A DNA stretch of 64,000 nt, taken from contig OX597815.1 of the NCBI GenBank assembly GCA_951406725.2, positions 28,086,001 to 28,150,000 of the forward strand, written 5' to 3'. The stretch comes from Octopus vulgaris (lineage: Eukaryota). The first letter of the stretch is position 1. Each line of letters begins with the position of its first letter. Made by a program: the position numbers and the translations under genes. Shown here in pieces: positions 27,455 through 40,678 of this stretch. The notes under the pieces are model-generated. The model had not been told where the DNA came from. It did no database searches and saw nothing but the letters and a program-made list of their open reading frames with translations.

Positions 27455-30400
27455 TTTACATATATGTTTTTCGTAGCACGTGACAGAACACATTTTTCTT
27501 TTATCTCAATAACTTTCTACTAATTATGAACAGTTTCCAGCTACAAATAACAGCTTAAGGTATGTTGATGCTTGAAGGCTTCTCCAGATAATATCTTTTA
27601 TAGGAAACATCAAAGAAAGACAGAAAAGAGCGCCAACAGGTACCATAACTATTAAAATTACCAGTGTTTTAACATAATAATTATTATGAGATGGAAATAG
27701 ACAAGTACTTTAAATGTTTGTTGAACACCTAAGATAAAACCCAACATACTTCATTAATTTGACGAGTCAATAAAGTAGGTATCAATTAAGGAAGACAATT
27801 TCTTTTTTAGTTTGTTTAATTTTTTTCCAGATAATGCTGTTGTGTTTACGGAGATGTACTTTAATAGTGAGTGACTTGATCTGAGATCGTGTGCTGGAAG
27901 AAAAACAATTGCAGTGTGGAAGGTGTTTATAAACCTATTAAGAAACACACAAAAACTGTTAGATTCACTTCAACATTTAAATTTAATTTGTCAAAATATT
28001 TTCATCGCTTTGAGACCACGACCTGTACACTGACAAAACTCTGTGCTGCATGTTCTAGTAAAAAAGGAATCCAGTCAACAGTTGAGTGAGGCAGTCATTG
28101 GATATGGCTGAAAAGGAGTGATGGAACATATGTGTGTGGTGTGTGTGAGTGTGTGTGTGTCTTTGAATCTGTGTTTGTCCTCTGACACCGCTTAACAACC
28201 GGCATTGGTGTGTTTCTGTGCCCATAATTTAGCAGTTCGGCAAATGAAACTGATAGAATAAGTACCAGACTTTAATGGAAAAAAAACCCCAAAAAGTATT
28301 GGAGTTAATTCGTTCAGCTAAAATCCTTCAAGGTGGTGCCCCAGCATGGCCACAGTCTGATGATTGAAACAAGTAAATGAAAGATAAAAGATTAATTATG
28401 AATATCTTATAGGAAAAAAAACAAGAGCTACAGCAGGATGCCAGATGTATTTCAAATTAATTGTTATCCATTTCTTTAGCAAAGAACTGATACTAATGAC
28501 AACAGAAAGAAATGAAAACTTTATGATCTGTTACAACAGAAAATTAGAAGAGATGACATCTAACCTGATATTATGAAGGATCAAGTTTTGTGTTTTATTG
28601 CTAGGTCAACATTCTAGACATTGGAGATATGGAGAGAAAGGAGAGTATTAATATTCGAGTGAGTTATGGAAATTTTCCATCATTAGCCTTGTTTTTGTTG
28701 TGTTAGCCGTTCTTTGTATGTGCATATGTTCCAGAATGGATTGAATTACATTCATATAGTCTTATATAATTTTTCTAAACCAATGTTTGTGAATACTTTT
28801 TGTGTAGTTTTAATATGGTAATATTGGAAATGGCAACTTTAGGTACTATGTAATTGATAAAATAAGAAACACTAAGCTGTTGGAGTAAATGATCCTATAG
28901 ATGAGACAAAGAATGGCAAGAGAAAAAGTTAAGAAAACAAAAAAGAGAAAGAATAAGAAAAGATTATAGAAACGAAAAAAAGAAGAAAAAGGAAAGAAAG
29001 AAGCAAAATAATAAAATAAAGAAGATGAAAAATAAGAACTAATAAAGATAGCAAATGAAAAAGAGGAAACTAATTCCATTGTCCCATCTGTGAACAGGAG
29101 GCAGCAAGAAGATATTCAATAGCTACAAGATTCGTTTAGTTATTCAAACAAATTCTTTGCCAGAAGAAGATGAAGAAATGTCTTGAACTATTTCAGTCTC
29201 ATTGTATTACTGTGTCAACCAAACCAAGAGCTGCATCTATGGTGCTGTACATTTCTCATCCAAACTTCTATCTCACTACATTATTCCATCAAACATAATT
29301 TCATACATAAGATAGAATTTCTCTGCAATTCCTGTTTCTAATAGATTCCAAGCCTATCAGTTTCAAATAGAACGAAACTTTGTTAAATAAGTATAATGTA
29401 ACAAGAAAAAAAAAAAAAAACGCAGAACAGCAGCAACCAACACTACCAGCAGCAGCACTAGCACCTCTATTTACAATAATCACCATGAATCAATAAGCAA
29501 GCCTCTACATAGTTGTTTAACCTGCTAGAAACACCAGCTCTGTCTCCCATTCTCATCACACTGTACTGTCTTTGAGCCTAGGTTTGCTTAATCAGTGTTG
29601 ACACAATTTACAATAACAATCACTACACCAATCACCACCACAACAACCATCACCATGGAATCAAAAAGTATCACAGTTCCCTATTTCCCCTTCATCTCTT
29701 GTCCACATTATGCATAGTGCATTTACATAGTCCTCGCATTTCCAAATGATTGTCATCATCATTGATAAGATTACCAACCTCCTCTAAATTGTTTCTCTTT
29801 AAATCTTCTTCTGCAATGTTTCCTCAACAAACATCATCTTTCCTTCTCATTTTCTGTATCTTTCCAATACATCATTTTATTTCATTTTGTTCAATTGCAA
29901 CAGTTTCAATTTTACATTTTATCTTTATATCTTTTGCCACTTCACTCCTCTTACAAAATATATTCAGAACAAAGCTTTCAATTACCCATTTTGTGTGTGT
30001 GTATTACACCCCTGTCTCTCTCTTGTCTTTCTATCATTTGTCCTCTCTCCTATGCACTGTATAATGCTGCCATGGAATGAGAAATAACTTTAGATTGTCC
30101 ATACTTAATCCAACCCCTCTCATAATCTCTGTGCCTCTCTCTCTCTCATTCCCATCACAAAGTTACAAAGTATCTATTTAAACTCCTGTATTGCTGGCCA
30201 TTACTCCCTCTCCTCAAAGGTTTTCGCAACTGACATATATTACACTCTTTTACCAGCAGACAGATAGTTGCCATTCATGTCTCTTTCTCACAGCCATCAC
30301 CCTCTGATATATATCATTTCTCTCTCATTATTATTCCTCTTCCATTACTCCACCTAGAAGTGTTTACTATCTTTTCCTCTTTTCTCATACTGTGCCGGTG

Positions 30401-32060
30401 GCACGTAAAAAGCACCATCCGAACGTGGCTGATGCCAGCACCGCCTAGACTGGCTTCCGTGCCGGTGGCATGTAAAAAGCACCAATCCGATTGTGACCGT
30501 TGTCAGCCTCACCTGGCACCTGTGCCGGTGGCACGTAAAAAGCACCCACTACACCCACGGAGTGGTTGGGCATCCAGCTGTAGAAACACTGCTAGATCAG
30601 ACTGGAGCCTGGTGCAGCCTTCTGACTTCCCAGATCCCCGGTCAAACTGTCCAACCCATGCTAGCATGGAGAACGGACGTTAAACGATGATGATGATGAT
30701 CACTCCGATCGCTTTTTTCCCCATATTTTCTCTCCTTTCTCCCACCCATTTTAGTTCACCTTGTGCAATCACCCTCTCTTCTACTCACCCTATCAGTTAC
30801 ATTGTCCTGAATGAACAGAAACAACATTAAATGATGAAGATTCTTTTAACTGACTGGGTACACTATTGCTGGTACTATGATAAAATACATCCTATATGCT
30901 CCGTAAAAGTTAATAATAGGAAAAGCACCCAACTATAGAAACCAAGCAGAAATGAAAACAGAACAAGCAAGATGTTGTTCCCTGACCCATCTAGAAGTTT
31001 GGTAACTCTTTTGGCGTTTGTTGACATTTCTGATCAACAAATCATTCACTAGCTATGCACTTACAAATTTCTCTGGAATATAAAAAATTCCTTACTTGAA
31101 GGTTTGTGACAGGAAAGGCGAGTGGCCATAAATATCCTGCCTTGTTTTCCTCCTGTCTAAGCTATGCTAGCATAAGAAACAAATGTTAAAACTAAATGGT
31201 TTAACTCTGTTAAAGTATTTTATACATCTTGTTTTGGTATTCCTCTAAAACGTCATCTGTGAATCAGTAAGCTCATGGATAAATATATGCATAAATGAAT
31301 CTGAGTTGACATCTAAGTCTCAATGAAGAGAAATTGTAGACAAATAAATTACTATCGCCATTCATTATTTTGCTCTGCAGATAAAAAATTTTGACAGAGA
31401 TTTTCTTTAACAAAAAAAATGTCCATTTCGAATCATTAAAGTAAAGATTTATAAGAACCTATAACTCATATTGATTTAAAAAAAAAATTTCAATTATTTT
31501 CCAAGACAAAAACCAATAGTTAATGAAGGTTAAAAACTTGTACTGAGCCATTTATATCAATTGAGAATAACAAATATTTGTTTCCTTATTTTTTTAAATA
31601 GGAAAATACAATGATATTCATTATCACTAATGTGATGTGTTGTGATTATCAAAAAATAATGGTGTAGAAGCAATTAATAGATGGGCTTCAGGTTGTGATT
31701 TACAGTGATGGTCTATAAACCTCTGCTTAACAGTAAGCAAATATTTAACAGTTTAGATTTGTTAAAGATTGGTGAAAGTTTCCCACTGACAATTGTTCTT
31801 TATTTGTTGATTCATTATCAAAATAGCTAGGAAAGGAAAGAGAGAACTCAATACAAGTGGAGTATGAAACTTCACTTCAATTCTACTCCTCCAACTTAGT
31901 GAATATTTATTCAGAAGAATTTCCAAGCCTGAGGTATGTTGTTCCATTGCATTAGTTTTCTGCTATCAATATTTCCAAGTGTAGTTCTATATTTAAGAGA
32001 TGAGGAATTATGTACATTATTTACATTCGACGGATATCTGTCCTCATCTTGTTTGCTGTT

Positions 32061-32106
32061 GACACAATGTTTCGGTTGATATACCCTCCAGCCTTCTTCA
32101 GGTGTC
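32061..32106 (-). ncRNA. Minimal type I hammerhead motif (partly decayed)
   Basis: GACAC-CUGAAGA-A-GGCUG..CAACC-GAAA-CAUU-GUGUC. Perfect 5-bp stem I, one stem II mismatch, CG>CA in stem III. Homologues at 32518-32568 (+) and 43821-43865 (-). Confidence 0.65.
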
Positions 32107-32179
32107 TTGGGAAATTTCAAACATGGGTTCTCATTCCTAAGGTATTTTTCGATGTTATTATTATTATTACTGTTCACGT

Positions 32180-32249
32180 CACTGCTTGGAATCAAACTCG
32201 GTATCTTGGGGTTAGTAGCCCGTGCTCTTAACCACAATGCCATCTGCCC
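32180..32249 (-). promoter_or_regulatory. tRNA-like segment / internal Pol III promoter within the PLE 3' region
   Basis: A-box-like TGGCATTGTGG, anticodon arm GGG-CTACTAA-CCC, B-box-like GTTTGATTC. No proper acceptor stem. Confidence 0.6.
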
Positions 32250-33049
32250 GTGAACAATTATGGAATTAATTTTAGGGTTTATAAATCTAATATTTTCTTA
32301 TCCTTCCTTAATACCGGTTCCCACATGCTGCTCATATCTGCACTCAGTCTGCTTAGGAGGTTGTTGTGTCCTAGCATATGTGCTGCTTTTAGTTTTTGTA
32401 TTTTCCAGTGGTGTTCTCTGTCTATTATTTTAACTTAAAATAATAATAATATTAACAATGATAATAACATCCGAAAAATACCTTAGGAACGAGAACCCAG
32501 GTTCGAAATTTCCCCAAGACACCTGAAGAAGGCTGGAGGGTATATCAGCAGAAATGTGTAAATGTGTTAACAACAAACAAGATGAGGACAAATATCCATC
32601 AAATGTAAATAATATAAATAATTTCCAAGTGTGTTTTGCCCTACATATGCCTTCACCACTGCAAACAAATCAGCTGGGAGGATAGTCTAACAGCTATATA
32701 TATATATCTAACTACATATACATCATGATTGTTTTAACATCCACTTTTCCAACCTTGCATATGTCAAACAGGATTTGCAGGGACAGATTTCCTATAGCTG
32801 CATGCCCTTTCTGTCACCAACCTAAGCCTATTTCCAAGTGAGGTGATATTTCCTCATACACTGATCTGTGTGTGTGTGTGTGTGTGCACGTGCGTGCGTG
32901 CGTGCATGCGTGTGTGTGTATGTGTGCTTACTTTTACTAATGACAGCCCATCAAACGTCATGATAGCATTGGTCCAGGACATGTTGGCAAGACTGATATG
33001 AAATAGGCAGATCCTGTCACATTGAGGAGATTGAGAATGACTCTGAACA

Positions 33050-34240
33050 ACAGCTACAAGGGGTTGATGACAATGTCTCCTTCTTTCTTCATGCAATATC
33101 CTGTGTTCAGTTTCAAAACACTCCCAGCATCACACACAGACCTCCTTGTCTTCTGATTAACAGCCAGGGCCTCCAACCGATTGGGAGGGACACCACATAA
33201 AATAAGAAACTGCTTGAGATGATCATGAAAATGAAGTTTTGGACAACTATGAGATCTGCCTCCATTTTCAATCTCATTGAAGAGAACTATTTTCGGGAGC
33301 TGGTTACCCAGCATCTGAATTACATGACCAACCCAGCAGAAAAGATGATGAAGGATGCAAGCCCCTACTCTGTAGATCCCAGCCTTCAGGAGGATTTTGG
33401 CAAGAGGAGGATTTTGACTGAGGATACTTTGGAGTAATCTGATATGGAATGTTTCCAGATGTTTGATCTGGTGCTGATAACTGTTCCAGTACACAGACAA
33501 ATACAAGAGAGTGGAAATTGGAAATGGAAATTTTTGTACTTGCTCTAAGGTTCTTCTTCTGAAAGACTAATTTGCTGAGTCTCTGGTAAGATGCAGAGGC
33601 CAATTTGATCTGATAGAGTATCTCCTTGTTGATGAGTCCTTGATAGAGACGGTGCTTCCAAGATAGCAGAATGAGTCTGCCAGCAGTAGAAGAGCATCAA
33701 GAAGGATGGGCTAAAGAGAAGTGACTACAGGAAAGCTGATTAGAGAACTTCAGTTTCTCAATAATTCAATTTAAGACTGAACCAAAAATAGGTACAGTTC
33801 ATTAGTTCATCATAGGGGAACAAGATGGTGAAACTGAATTGTCAGCTACTGAATCTTGCACACTGTGGTTGAGAGGGTTTTTGATGTGGCTTTCAAGTGG
33901 CAAGTGTTAAAGATGCTGCCATTATAGTGATATTTGATATGAATTCTGTCTTCTTTGGTGAACTGTGACCTGGAAAGAAGGGTTATAGCCACCAAGTAAA
34001 TGTTAAACAGCACAGGGGCAACCTTGTTTTACCTCCACTTGAAGTTCTGAGGCTTCACTGCTGAATGTCACTCTTGCTTGCATATCGTCATGAAACTTCT
34101 GGAAAAATGTTGGTAGACAGCCACACTTCTGAAGTAGGAACCACAATGTAAGATAGCTGACTATGTCAAATGCCTTTGTTAGATTGATAAAAGTGTAACA
34201 TATGTTTCTCTGCTGTTCACAGCACTTTTAAAGAAGATAC
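33050..34240 (-). mobile_element. Decayed RTE (BovB-like) LINE fragment
   Basis: HIKHLETFHIRLLQSIL..WVGHVIQMLGNQLPKIVLFNEIENGGRSHSCPKLHFHDHLK. An RT motif FINLTKAFDIV lies near 34160-34192. Confidence 0.85.
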
Positions 34241-34399
34241 TGTAAAGTGGTTGTTGTTAGGAAGGGTATACAGTCATAAAAACCAAGCCAAATCAGTTTG
34301 GAACCTGTTGCTGCTCTCCGGCTTGTCACCTCTGGTCAAACTATCCAAACCATGCCAGTATGGAAGACGGATGTTAAAGGGTGATGATGATGATGATGA

Positions 34400-34440
<41 letters not shown>

Positions 34441-34582
34441 AGTTCAGCAAAAATTTAGATTCAGATGAATATGGTACTTAAGTTAAAGGCACCAGAATTT
34501 GGTATGGTATTATCCATATAAATCAAATGGGGTGATTATAATCAAAATAAGCAACAAGGATACCTTTGGGTATCCTTGTTGC

Positions 34583-34643
<61 letters not shown>

Positions 34644-34836
34644 CATACATATATGTAGTAAAACACACACACACATTTGTAAGGTAGCACAACTTGGCCA
34701 GTTCAGACATAACATTTCATTAGTAAAGTAAACCTAAACAATGCAAAAGTTGACAACAATGTTCAATCTAAATATTAAAGTTGTCTACATGCAAACCAAT
34801 AATACTGAAATTTGTCTGGTTTCTTATATTACTTAC

Positions 34837-34942
34837 CTTTACTCTTTCTAAATCATTGGCATCCATAACCGTGCCTTGGAAAAATTCTACTTGTGTAAAA
34901 TGCCTCTTAAGCAACCCTTCAAGTTCTAAATCAGGGAGTTGC
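34837..34942 (-). CDS. KCNMA1 (slo1): Slo1 exon: RCK1 ([35 protein letters not shown]), 106 nt, phase 2-0
   Basis: Matches [23 protein letters not shown]. Acceptor ttttccag, donor gtaagt. H394/E399 equivalents are present. Confidence 0.97.
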
Positions 34943-37842
34943 CTGGAAAATGAAAATAATGAAATACAATGAAAAATAAAATAAATTTATTTTTTAAAAG
35001 TGGTTTAATATCTTGTATTTTGGTAGGGTCTTTATGCTAATAATAAACACATGCACTGGTTCTATTTCACTTTTTTTTCTTATTAGCTAATTGATTAACA
35101 TTTAACTAATCAATTGCTTGATTAATTGTTTGGGCAGTCAATCAATTAATTTGTCAAAGTCCTTTCCTCATCATTAGAAACCTCAATATTGACATGCTCT
35201 CTCTACTCAAGGTTTACCTGTCTCTTAGTTTAATGATTCTATATTAAAACTGGTGTAATATCCACTTCTCAATGATAGTGTGGATAGAATCGTTCTCCAA
35301 ACTTAAATATCGAGGCATATATGATTGGATTGTTGTCAGTGTCGCTTGACTGGCTCCCCATACCGGTGGCACATAAAAAGCACCATCCAAACATGGTTGA
35401 TGCCAGCTCCCCTGCCCTGACTGGTTCCTGTGCTGGTGGCACGTAAAAAGCACCCGCTACACTCTTGGAGTGGGTGGCATTAGAAAGGGCATCCAGCTGT
35501 AGAAGCATTGCCAGATGAAATTGGAGCCTGGTGTGGCCTCCTGGCTTGCCAGTCACCAGTCAAACTGTTCAACTCATGCCAGCATGGAAAACGGATGTTA
35601 AACGATGCTGATGAATTACTGAAGATAACATGCAACTGCCTCACATATAGAAAAGGTCATCTGGCTTATCAAAGAGTCTCTCACTGACATCTTCCCCTCC
35701 ATACACACACAAGCATGTTCACTTTCCAGACATTTCTACATTACTGCATGTACTTTATATGCACTTTCTGACAAGTTGTGGTGCACCTGAGCACTGTATA
35801 CAATAATTTCATTATTATTATTATATAACTACTGCCTCTAATTCTTGCACTGAGGTTACAATAACATTTTTCTCTCTCTCTCTAAACTAGAAACTCATGT
35901 AAAGCTCCAACACAACTCCAGCTAAAACACATCTCCCTTCCTTTTGTCATTCTTCTTATGCTTTGTCCCAAACCTTTTGTTATACATTATTCTTTTATCC
36001 ACAGAACTACATCTCCCTGAAACTCCCCCTCTGCTTGCATCTCTCTTCAAAAGGTATATATTCCAACTGAACCTCAACCTCACTGGTTAACATGTCTGAG
36101 AGGGTCAGTAAAGTTTATGAACAATGGCTCTCCTCTGCAAGCCAATCCTGTATAACTCCACAATTTGAACGGGGCTTATGATTCTGACATGAAGGACTTA
36201 AGATTGAATGTTGATGGTTAAATACCAATCAATCCAGAAGGTGGGGCCTCACATCTATGAGGCAGCCAGTATACTGTAAAGTCCTGTTGAAGGCTTTGAA
36301 ACAGTGTCCATTCTCTCCTGATGACCCCCGAAACCTACTGGTGTCTGGCTACACTTGCATAAGCAAGCTGTTTACAAGTCTCTAGACAAATAGCATAAAA
36401 TAAAAAAGAAAAAGAAAAACCCAGATACATTAATTTTAGAGTTGGTTATCCTTTTAAATATAAGTTACTAAGTTATGAAAAAAATTGCAGAATCTGATTT
36501 CAACAGGGCAGCACAGTAATATGGAATATTACTGTGTAATAAGTTTGAACTACAGATAATGGTAAAAGACAAAATTTGGTGAGTGATATTGAAAAGAAGT
36601 AAATTCAAAAATGTTTAGATAACCCAATGTCAAATCTTGGTTCAAACTATTGTTTATCATTTCATTTTTATTGCTAATATATTTTTTAAATGCATGAACA
36701 TAATAACTTTTAAAACTTTGCACTCTAAACACAATGTCCTATTAATTAGGAAATCGATATCAAGACTTATCATTAAGACAAAATGAAATTAATGTTAATT
36801 AATGTATATGTGTGTGTGTGTGTACCCACACATGTACTTACATACACACATTGATATATACAATGTATGTATGTATGTATGTATCCGGAGTAATTTAAAG
36901 CGTAAATTGCGTGACAAATATATTTCTTTACTACCCACAAGGGGCTAAACACAGACGGGACAAACAAGGACAGACAAACGGATTAAGTCGATTACATCGA
37001 CCCCAGTGAACTGGTACTTAATTTATCGACCCCGAAAGGATGAAAGGCAAAGTCGACCTCGGCAGAATTTGAACTCAGAACGTAGCGGCAGACAAAATAC
37101 CGCTAAGCATTTCGCCCGGCATGCTAACGTTTCTGCCAGCTCGCCGCCTTTCGTGACAAATAACTAGTAGTTAGAACTCGGTGTATTTCCTTTCATGGAT
37201 TTTAATTGTATCCTTTGTCATTAAATTCGGTTTTGAGTGTAACACATAGTATATGTCTAAGACAAAAATCTCGAGTTTGTTTATAAAGATATTTAGTTAC
37301 ACCATTAAGAATGTTTCATTAACATAAAGTAATTATCATCTATTATCTTTTACTTGTTTCAGTCATTAGGTTATGGCCATGCTGGGGCACTACCTCAAAG
37401 AATTAACTGAATGAATTGACTGCAGTATTCACGCTGCCATGAAGAATGAATGTAAAATGATGATGATGCATATTTTCGAGTTTGTATCATTAGCTTTGTT
37501 CAGCTTAATTAGGTGACTTCTACTTGATTATATTTTGTGTAAACAAATTAATAATTGGTTTCATATTATTGTTTTGGTTTATTCAAGCATGTATGTGAAT
37601 GCAAGTGCAGGAGGTTATATTTGTACGGAAGCAAGACTTATGATTTATGATCTGGTAGTTCCATACCTTAACCACCTGGTCATTTTTGCTATATTCAAAC
37701 AAACAAAAATATACACATTGAGTATACAATAAATCAATTACAAACACATACATTGAGTATCTCTAATGTTTACATTAGTTATACATACTATTATACACAA
37801 ACATATATACAGATATATAAAGAGGAAAATTAAGTTACTTAC

Positions 37843-37953
37843 GTATCAATAAAAATAATCTCTACATCCACGTCTTCTCTGTCTTTGTGTAAGAAATCTT
37901 TTAAGAAGTTTGAGACCGAGTCATATGTAATATGGCCACACACTACAATATGT
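37843..37953 (-). CDS. KCNMA1 (slo1): Slo1 exon: start of RCK1 ([37 protein letters not shown]), 111 nt, phase 2-2
   Basis: Near-identical to Slo1 [27 protein letters not shown]. Acceptor ttttctacag, donor gtaagt. Equivalents of D362/H365/D367/E374 are present. Confidence 0.97.
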
Positions 37954-39248
37954 CTGTAGAAAAATAAAGAAGAAAAATGAAAATGTGAAGAGAAATGAAA
38001 ATGTAAGCAAAAGAAAAAATAGAAATAGCAGGGCTACTAAGTGACAACGAGAAAAATTCCCACATTGGCTTTTTGGTGCAAAATGCACTCTTGTTTATAT
38101 TGTTAGTGGGGAGATGAAGCCCAACTACCTTCAGTGCCATGATCACATGATTTCGACTTTCTTGGTTTTGTCAGTGATGGACATAGTGCATTTTGCACCA
38201 AAATGCCATGTTCTAATAAGTGGTGATAGATATCTCTTGACATTAATACTTTTCCTTATACAGTTCTTTGAAGCCACCACTAAGAACCTAAAAATGTGGC
38301 ACTCACTCAAGTGTACATTCAAGAAAAGCTGCTATTCTTGTTGCTTCGCTCTGGGTCAGTGTTGATTGCACAAATCCATGATTAGAGGCATTCCAATTTG
38401 ATGACAGGCATCCATGCTAGTGGAGCGTTAAGAACACCATCCGAGTGTGATCGTTGCCAGAGCAGCAAACTGACTTCCATGCCGGTGGCATGTAAAAAGC
38501 ACAATTCGAGCGTGATCGTTACCATTGTCACCTTACTGGCACTTGTGCTAGTGGCAAGTGAAAAAACATTTGAGCGAAGTCATTACCAGTGCCGCTGGAC
38601 TGGCTCCTGTGCAGGTGGCATGTAAAAAACACCATCTGAGCATGGCCGTTGCCAGTACTGCCTGACTGGCCCTCATGCCAGTGGCACGTAAAAGCACCCA
38701 CTACACTCTCGGAGTGGTTGGCATTAGGAAGGGCGTCCAGCAGCAGAAACTCTGCCAGATCAAGAGTGGAACCTGGTGCAGCCATCTGGTTCGCCAGTCC
38801 TCAGTCAAATCATCCAACCCATGCTAGCACGGAAAGCAGATGTTAAACGATGATGATGATGATGATGAGTGTCTACACTGTCAAAATATCTCTCCTATTT
38901 CTTTTGAGTTCATAAGGGGTGATTTGAGGGAGATTTTAGCTGTTATTTCAAGCAAGTTGAGCAGCCACAAAGAGAATTTTTTGCTGGCTAATAGTAGAAA
39001 AAAAAAAGGCTATAAAAAATTAAAAAAACATGTTTTTCTGATTATCTGAGAGTAGCTCTTCAGTCTTCAATCACAATTATTGATTCACAGACTGTCTTTT
39101 ACAGTAATTACAATTGTTTCTGTTTCACTGATTCTTGAATACACTTGGTGCACCAACCTTATCCCCTCATGTTATGTGTTCTATGGTTTATCTTCCATAT
39201 AGTAATACTAAATGCATTTGAACATACTCCTATTTTGTTGCTCACAAG

Positions 39249-39446
39249 TATTTACTGAACACTACAATCTAGCCTGAGCAATGGGATTTCTATAACTATT
39301 TCACAATTTAGATGAAAAAATCATATTATATATATATATAATATGATTTTATATGATTTTTATATATATATATAATATGATTTTTTCATCTAAATTGTAA
39401 AATAGTTATAGAAATCCCATTGCTCAGGCTAGATTGTAGTGTTCAG

Positions 39447-39452
<6 letters not shown>
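39249..39452. repeat. Near-perfect fold-back inverted repeat (about 90-bp arms)
   Basis: 39249-39340 versus 39361-39452, one mismatch seen. (TA)n at the centre and right flank. Confidence 0.93.
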
Positions 39453-39495
<43 letters not shown>

Positions 39496-39708
39496 TCTTT
39501 TACTTGTTTCAGTTATTTGACTGTGGCCATGCTGGAGCATCACCTTTAGTCGAGCAAATCGACCCCAGGACTTATTTCAAAGCTGGTTATCCTTGTAAAG
39601 ATAGGGTGTACTTCATTCTATATGTAAGTGCATCTACAGACACATATACACACAGATGCATATATATAAAACACACATCTAAGGCAACATTTACTCACCA
39701 ATTGTTCA

Positions 39709-39749
<41 letters not shown>

Positions 39750-39751
<2 letters not shown>

Positions 39752-39976
39752 GAGAATAAAAAAAGGAGGACAAAGATAGGTGTGTCAACAACAAACAGAT
39801 CTATTAGTTTCACACTTGGGAGGTGAGAAAGTGTTTTACATTTTGAGTGTACACTCTTCGATAGAAAGGAACACAGAAATAAACAGGGAGAGAAAATAGA
39901 AAAAGGTGTAGTGGCTAGTGATCTAGCATGACCGGACAGCAGGGTCACACAAGAGAGCTAGGAAGAAGGGGAGAAG
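39750..39976 (-). mobile_element. PLE pLTR remnant next to (TA)n with a hammerhead relic
   Basis: Minus strand reads TTT-CTATCGA-A-GAGT-GTAC-ACTC-AAAA-TGTA-AAA at about 39834-39867. The layout matches the 8391 relic. Confidence 0.5.
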
Positions 39977-40678
39977 ATACATACATACATACACACACCC
40001 CTACACAAAAGCACACACATTCATAAACACATACGTGCACAAACACTAACATATTAATGCATACACAAACACATACACAAACACACACAGAATTTCAATC
40101 ATGTGTACACATAAGCTTTCAGATATAGATATAGAAAATGTATAGGGTTATATAAGTATTTAGATGTAGGAATCTCATAGTCAGGTAGGTTGTGTAAACA
40201 TTGAAGAGATGTTCTGTTCACAGGATATCAAGGCTCCCTCCTGTGTGTTACAAAAACTGAATAATGAGAAGACAGCATACATATTTATTTCAGGAGGCTT
40301 GGCAGCATTTTAGAACAAGCAAAAGGTGATCACCTTTGTAAGTAGGCATAACCATTTCATACAATGAAATATAGGAAAACTGAGTCGAGCATGCAGACAC
40401 ACCCCTTAATACACAGGTATACATGCATGCACCCATTCATACACACACAACACAGTACAAGTTGAAAGTTTATGGAGAAAAAATGAGAAGCAGAAAACAA
40501 ATACTACAAAGGTAGAACAAGAGCAGGGTTAGTGTAAGCATGGGGAAAATGAAACTAGTTTACTCAGTACTGAAAAATGTCATAAAGAAATGACAAATAG
40601 GAAATTCCAGATATAGTTCAAGAATCTCAAATTTTATTATTGAAATTTGATATACATACATATATGTATATATAACTA

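Larger units (their letters stand above)
31983..32623 (-). mobile_element. 5'-truncated Penelope-like element (second family): EN C-terminus, tRNA-like segment, pLTR, plus an inverted pLTR copy
   Basis: 32279-32434 (-) encodes VKIIDREHHWKIQKLKAAHMLGHNNLLSRLSADMSSMWEPVL..*, resembling a PLE GIY-YIG tail. About 32005-32165 is repeated in inverted orientation at 32460-32623. Confidence 0.8.

Noticed and set aside
32180-32249. Functional tRNA gene (likewise the SINE heads)
   Set aside because: No acceptor stem, a decayed B-box, and embedded in repeats.
36312-36345. CTGATGA-ccccc-GAAA hammerhead core
   Set aside because: No stem II or stem I pairing. It is part of a LINE 3' UTR whose other copy (about 11420) lacks GAAA.
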